A stretch of 64,000 nucleotides of DNA from Alphaproteobacteria bacterium (GTDB taxonomy: Bacteria > Pseudomonadota > Alphaproteobacteria > JABAAW01). Positions 61,113 through 64,000 of the stretch are shown in pieces. The position numbers and the translations under genes were made by a program. The notes beneath the pieces were generated by a model. It searched no databases. It saw nothing but the letters and a program-made list of their open reading frames with translations, and was not told the DNA's origin. The stretch covers positions 911 to 64,910 of the forward strand of contig JABAAW010000001.1 of NCBI GenBank assembly GCA_014238535.1. The letters are read 5' to 3'. Position 1 is the stretch's first letter. Every line of letters starts with the position of its first letter.

Positions 61113-61698
61113 CTAGTATGTTGCATGAATGCGTAATTGGTGGAATGGGCGCGCATAGTATTGGTTTTACTTTCTGCTAACCTACATTCGACAGGAGTGA
61201 AAATACCACATGGCACAGTTATTTCTTCCCGCTAACTCGCGTATTAAGCGCGGTAAGCACTGGGCTTTACCAACCACTAGTAGCGCGAAACGCGTGCGTG
61301 TAAAGGACTTTAAGGTTTATCGGTGGAATGGCGTCAAGGGCGAGCGTCCGCGTTTAGATCGCTACAAGCTCGACTTGAACTCCTGTGGTCCTATGGTTTT
61401 GGATGGTTTGATCGCTATCAAAAACAAGATTGACTCTACGCTAACCTTTCGTCGTTCTTGTCGCGAGGGCGTGTGTGGTTCGTGTGCGATGAACATCGAT
61501 GGAACGAACACATTGGCGTGCACCAAGCCGATGGCATCGGTGCGCGGGTCGATCAAAGTCTATCCTCTGCCGCACTGCTCTGTTATCAAGGACTTGGTAG
61601 CGAATTTGGATGGTTCTTATCGCCAGCTTGCGACTATCGAGCCGTGGTTGCAGGCTGCCACTGAAGTAGGCAAGGGCAAGGGCAAGGATAAGAGTAAG
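61001..61698 (+). repeat. 28-bp dispersed direct repeat, copies at 61001-61028 (sdhA) and 61671-61698 (sdhB), 26/28 identical
   Basis: CAAGGGCGAGGGCAAGGATAAGGGTAAG vs CAAGGGCAAGGGCAAGGATAAGAGTAAG. Confidence 0.8.
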
Positions 61699-62052
61699 GG
61701 TATGCGCGAGCGAAAGCAAACGCCTCAGGCGCGCGCTGCCCTCGATGGCTCGTATGAGTGCATCCTCTGCTTTTGTTGCTCGACTAGTTGTCCTAGCTAT
61801 TGGTGGAATCCGGACAAGTATTTGGGACCTGCTGTGCTATTGCAAGCATATCGATGGTTGATGGATTCGCGAGACGGCGCCGAGCAGAAACGTTTGCGTG
61901 CGCTTGCCGACCCTTTCAAGTTATACCGTTGCCACACGATAATGAACTGTACGAATGCTTGTCCGAAGGGATTGAATCCTGCTAAAGCGATTGCTGAGAT
62001 AAAGAAGATGGTAGCAAAGAAGCCAAAGGACACTCTACAGGGGTATTTGTAG
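61210..62052 (+). CDS. sdhB: Succinate dehydrogenase iron-sulfur subunit
   Basis: [36 protein letters not shown]. Confidence 0.98.
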   Translation: MAQLFLPANSRIKRGKHWALPTTSSAKRVRVKDFKVYRWNGVKGERPRLDRYKLDLNSCGPMVLDGLIAIKNKIDSTLTFRRSCREGVCGSCAMNIDGTNTLACTKPMASVRGSIKVYPLPHCSVIKDLVANLDGSYRQLATIEPWLQAATEVGKGKGKDKSKGMRERKQTPQARAALDGSYECILCFCCSTSCPSYWWNPDKYLGPAVLLQAYRWLMDSRDGAEQKRLRALADPFKLYRCHTIMNCTNACPKGLNPAKAIAEIKKMVAKKPKDTLQGYL

Positions 62053-63540
62053 GTTTGCGCGTAAGCCGCCTTGTGGCGAGTCGTCCAAAGTTAGTTCGCC
62101 GCCGTGGATTCTTGCGATGTCGCGGGCGATGGAAAGCCCTAAGCCTGAGCCTCCTGTTTCTTGGTTGCGTGAACTTTCTAGTCTAAAAAACGGTTTAAAC
62201 ACTTCTTTGCGATATGGTTCTGGGATGCCTGGTCCGTCGTCGTCGATCAGAATTTCGATGTTCTCGCGCCTTTTGCCGACGATGATCGAGACGTTTTTTC
62301 CGTAGCGATGGGCGTTTGCCAGCAAGTTATCGAGGCATCTACGCAATGCGTTCTTGCGTGCGGCGATGATGAAGTTTCCTTCGATGTGGCAATATAGTGC
62401 GTTGCCGGCTCGTTGGTACCCTTGAACCAAGGCATCGACAAGCAACGATAGGTCTACGCTAGCGACTTTCTCTGTGCCTTCGCTGCGTGCGAAGGCTAGG
62501 TATCCATCGATCATCGCCTCCATTTCTTTCAGGTCGTCCTCTATGTCTTGTACCCTTGGGTCGCGCGCTAATGCTAGCTGCAATTTTATCCTGGTTAGCG
62601 GAGTTCTTAGGTCGTGGCTGACGCAAGAAAGCATATCGGTGCGTTGGCGCATTTGGCGGAAAATTCTTCTTCGCATGCGGTTGAATGCTTGGATAGCGTT
62701 TCGTACTTCTCTTGCACCACGAATGTCCACTCTTTCTGTGGTGTCCTGCCCTTTGCCGAACCTTTCGGCGACGCGCTCTAGATGGCGTAGAGGTTTGACT
62801 TGGTTGCGCATAAATAGCGCGGCGATAGAAAACAGTAGTATCGAAGAGCCTACCATCCACATAACGAATATATATGTTGTCGAACTAAATAACCTATCGC
62901 GCGGTATTACGGTCTGCAACACGCCTTGTGCCAGCTGTAGTTGCACGACGACTTGGTTGTCGAAGGGATTGCTATCGATGACGAATGGGCGCTTGACCTT
63001 TTCTTCGAGCATCGCTCCTAGATGTTTTGTGAAGAAGCTGGAACTGCGTGCGTTGCTCGCTTCTGTGTCGATTATCTGCCCGCGAAACAGGCTTACGGTT
63101 AACCCCAGATTTCTCTTGTAGTTTGCAACTATGCTAGGAAGAGCTTCTGGTTTTTCACGCATCATTTCGATGGCTAGGTTCACCTCTGCTGCTATCGAGC
63201 TTGCCATATTTTGCGCGATGATATTCCAGTGGCGATTGAAGAAAGCATACGCGGCGGTTATCTGAACAGCGATTAGCGGAATGACGATGATAAGCAAGGC
63301 GCGCGCAAATAGCGTCTTAGGAGGGAACGATTGCGTTGCGTTTGCAATGATCGCTACGATGCGTTTGAAGGGAGAAGGCGCACGGTTTTTTTTCTTTAGT
63401 TTGAGTGGCTGTGATTTTGTTAGCACTTGTGGCAGAGAATCTGCGCAGGACTTGACTATCGATTTGCAGATGGACTTTAGTGCTACATTCACCGTATGCA
63501 ACACTATAGGTAGCGTCGATTTTGTTTTTTTACTCGACAT
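62035..63540 (-). CDS. EnvZ-like sensor histidine kinase
   Basis: Two TM segments, [36 protein letters not shown]; start may be downstream; 3' end overlaps sdhB by 18 bp. Confidence 0.92.
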   Translation of the reverse strand: MSSKKTKSTLPIVLHTVNVALKSICKSIVKSCADSLPQVLTKSQPLKLKKKNRAPSPFKRIVAIIANATQSFPPKTLFARALLIIVIPLIAVQITAAYAFFNRHWNIIAQNMASSIAAEVNLAIEMMREKPEALPSIVANYKRNLGLTVSLFRGQIIDTEASNARSSSFFTKHLGAMLEEKVKRPFVIDSNPFDNQVVVQLQLAQGVLQTVIPRDRLFSSTTYIFVMWMVGSSILLFSIAALFMRNQVKPLRHLERVAERFGKGQDTTERVDIRGAREVRNAIQAFNRMRRRIFRQMRQRTDMLSCVSHDLRTPLTRIKLQLALARDPRVQDIEDDLKEMEAMIDGYLAFARSEGTEKVASVDLSLLVDALVQGYQRAGNALYCHIEGNFIIAARKNALRRCLDNLLANAHRYGKNVSIIVGKRRENIEILIDDDGPGIPEPYRKEVFKPFFRLESSRNQETGGSGLGLSIARDIARIHGGELTLDDSPQGGLRANLQIPL

Positions 63541-64000
63541 GCAGGCTGTACCCTTTACTACGATGCGTCAGTATATGCCTTGGTATTTTGGGGTTGATTT
63601 CGATTTTGCTACGCAGGCGCGCGATCGCGATGTCGATAGCTCGTGGCGAGTTAGTTATATCGGCGAAGTGCGCTAGCGCGGTGCGATTCACGATAGCACC
63701 TTGCTGTGTTGCGAGTGCGCACAGTAGGTTAGCTTCGCTTGCTGGTAGCCTTGTATTTTTTTCAGCAGATGTCAGCACGCCGCGTTTAGTTTCGAATGTC
63801 CACCTGCCGATTTTTATTTTATCAGGTAGTTTTGTTTTTGTTTGCTTGTGCGCGAGTATTTTTCTAATGCGCAATAGCAATTCGCGTGGCTCGAATGGTT
63901 TAGGCATGTAGTCTGCAACCCCGGTCTCAAGCCCCTGAAGGCGATCAGCGGGCTCGCCCAGAGCGGACAAGATCATTATTGGTGCGTGTTCTCTTTCGTG
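63530..64000 (-). CDS. OmpR-family response regulator (5' truncated by window edge)
   Basis: ILSA...GLETGVADYMPKPFEPRELLLRI, RAIDIAIARLRSKIE.NP..PR.I.T. Confidence 0.92.
   Translation of the reverse strand, partial: HEREHAPIMILSALGEPADRLQGLETGVADYMPKPFEPRELLLRIRKILAHKQTKTKLPDKIKIGRWTFETKRGVLTSAEKNTRLPASEANLLCALATQQGAIVNRTALAHFADITNSPRAIDIAIARLRSKIEINPKIPRHILTHRSKGYSLHVE

Noticed and set aside
1..64000. CRISPR array, rRNA, IS/transposase, prophage, recoded stop codons
   Set aside because: No regularly spaced repeats and no large unexplained gaps; core genes read through full-length in the standard code.

Overview
A gene-dense, mostly housekeeping region (about 66 CDS, tRNA-Pro(GGG) and a two-piece permuted tmRNA) from an alphaproteobacterium. 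The class call rests on the permuted ssrA next to an alpha-type sspB, the DUF3576-leuS-lptE-holA block and the alpha-like aroKB-corC and ffh-rpsP-rimM-trmD-rplS-leuCDB blocks. GC is a little under 50% by eye. Proteins look divergent, carry many low-complexity in-frame loop insertions, and show strand-dependent composition, which suggests a host-associated lineage under relaxed selection (inference). Core content covers Moco synthesis (moaA, moaDE, moeA, mobB), translation (leuS, pheST, rplT, rpmI, rplS, rpsP, rimM, trmD, ffh, pth, map, rsmI), amino-acid and cofactor synthesis (leuCDB, ilvD, aroKB, pyrF, coaBC, dut, gshB, gor, nadK), central metabolism (sdhCDAB, class I fumarase, gabD, gap) and repair (xthA, radC, Smr, xerD). 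The accessory items of most interest are: (i) an AT-rich ~1.2 kb islet between xerD and rnd encoding a Panacea (DUF4065/SocA) antitoxin and an unrecognised partner, possibly of PemK/MazF fold; (ii) three tandem divergent paralogous small outer-membrane beta-barrel genes between xthA and comM; (iii) a stand-alone RTX-repeat protein next to ssrA; and (iv) tandem-repeat-derived insertions in core enzymes, including a 28-bp segment shared by sdhA and sdhB. No CRISPR array, rRNA, transposase or prophage was seen. All calls come from motif recognition by eye; no searches were run.
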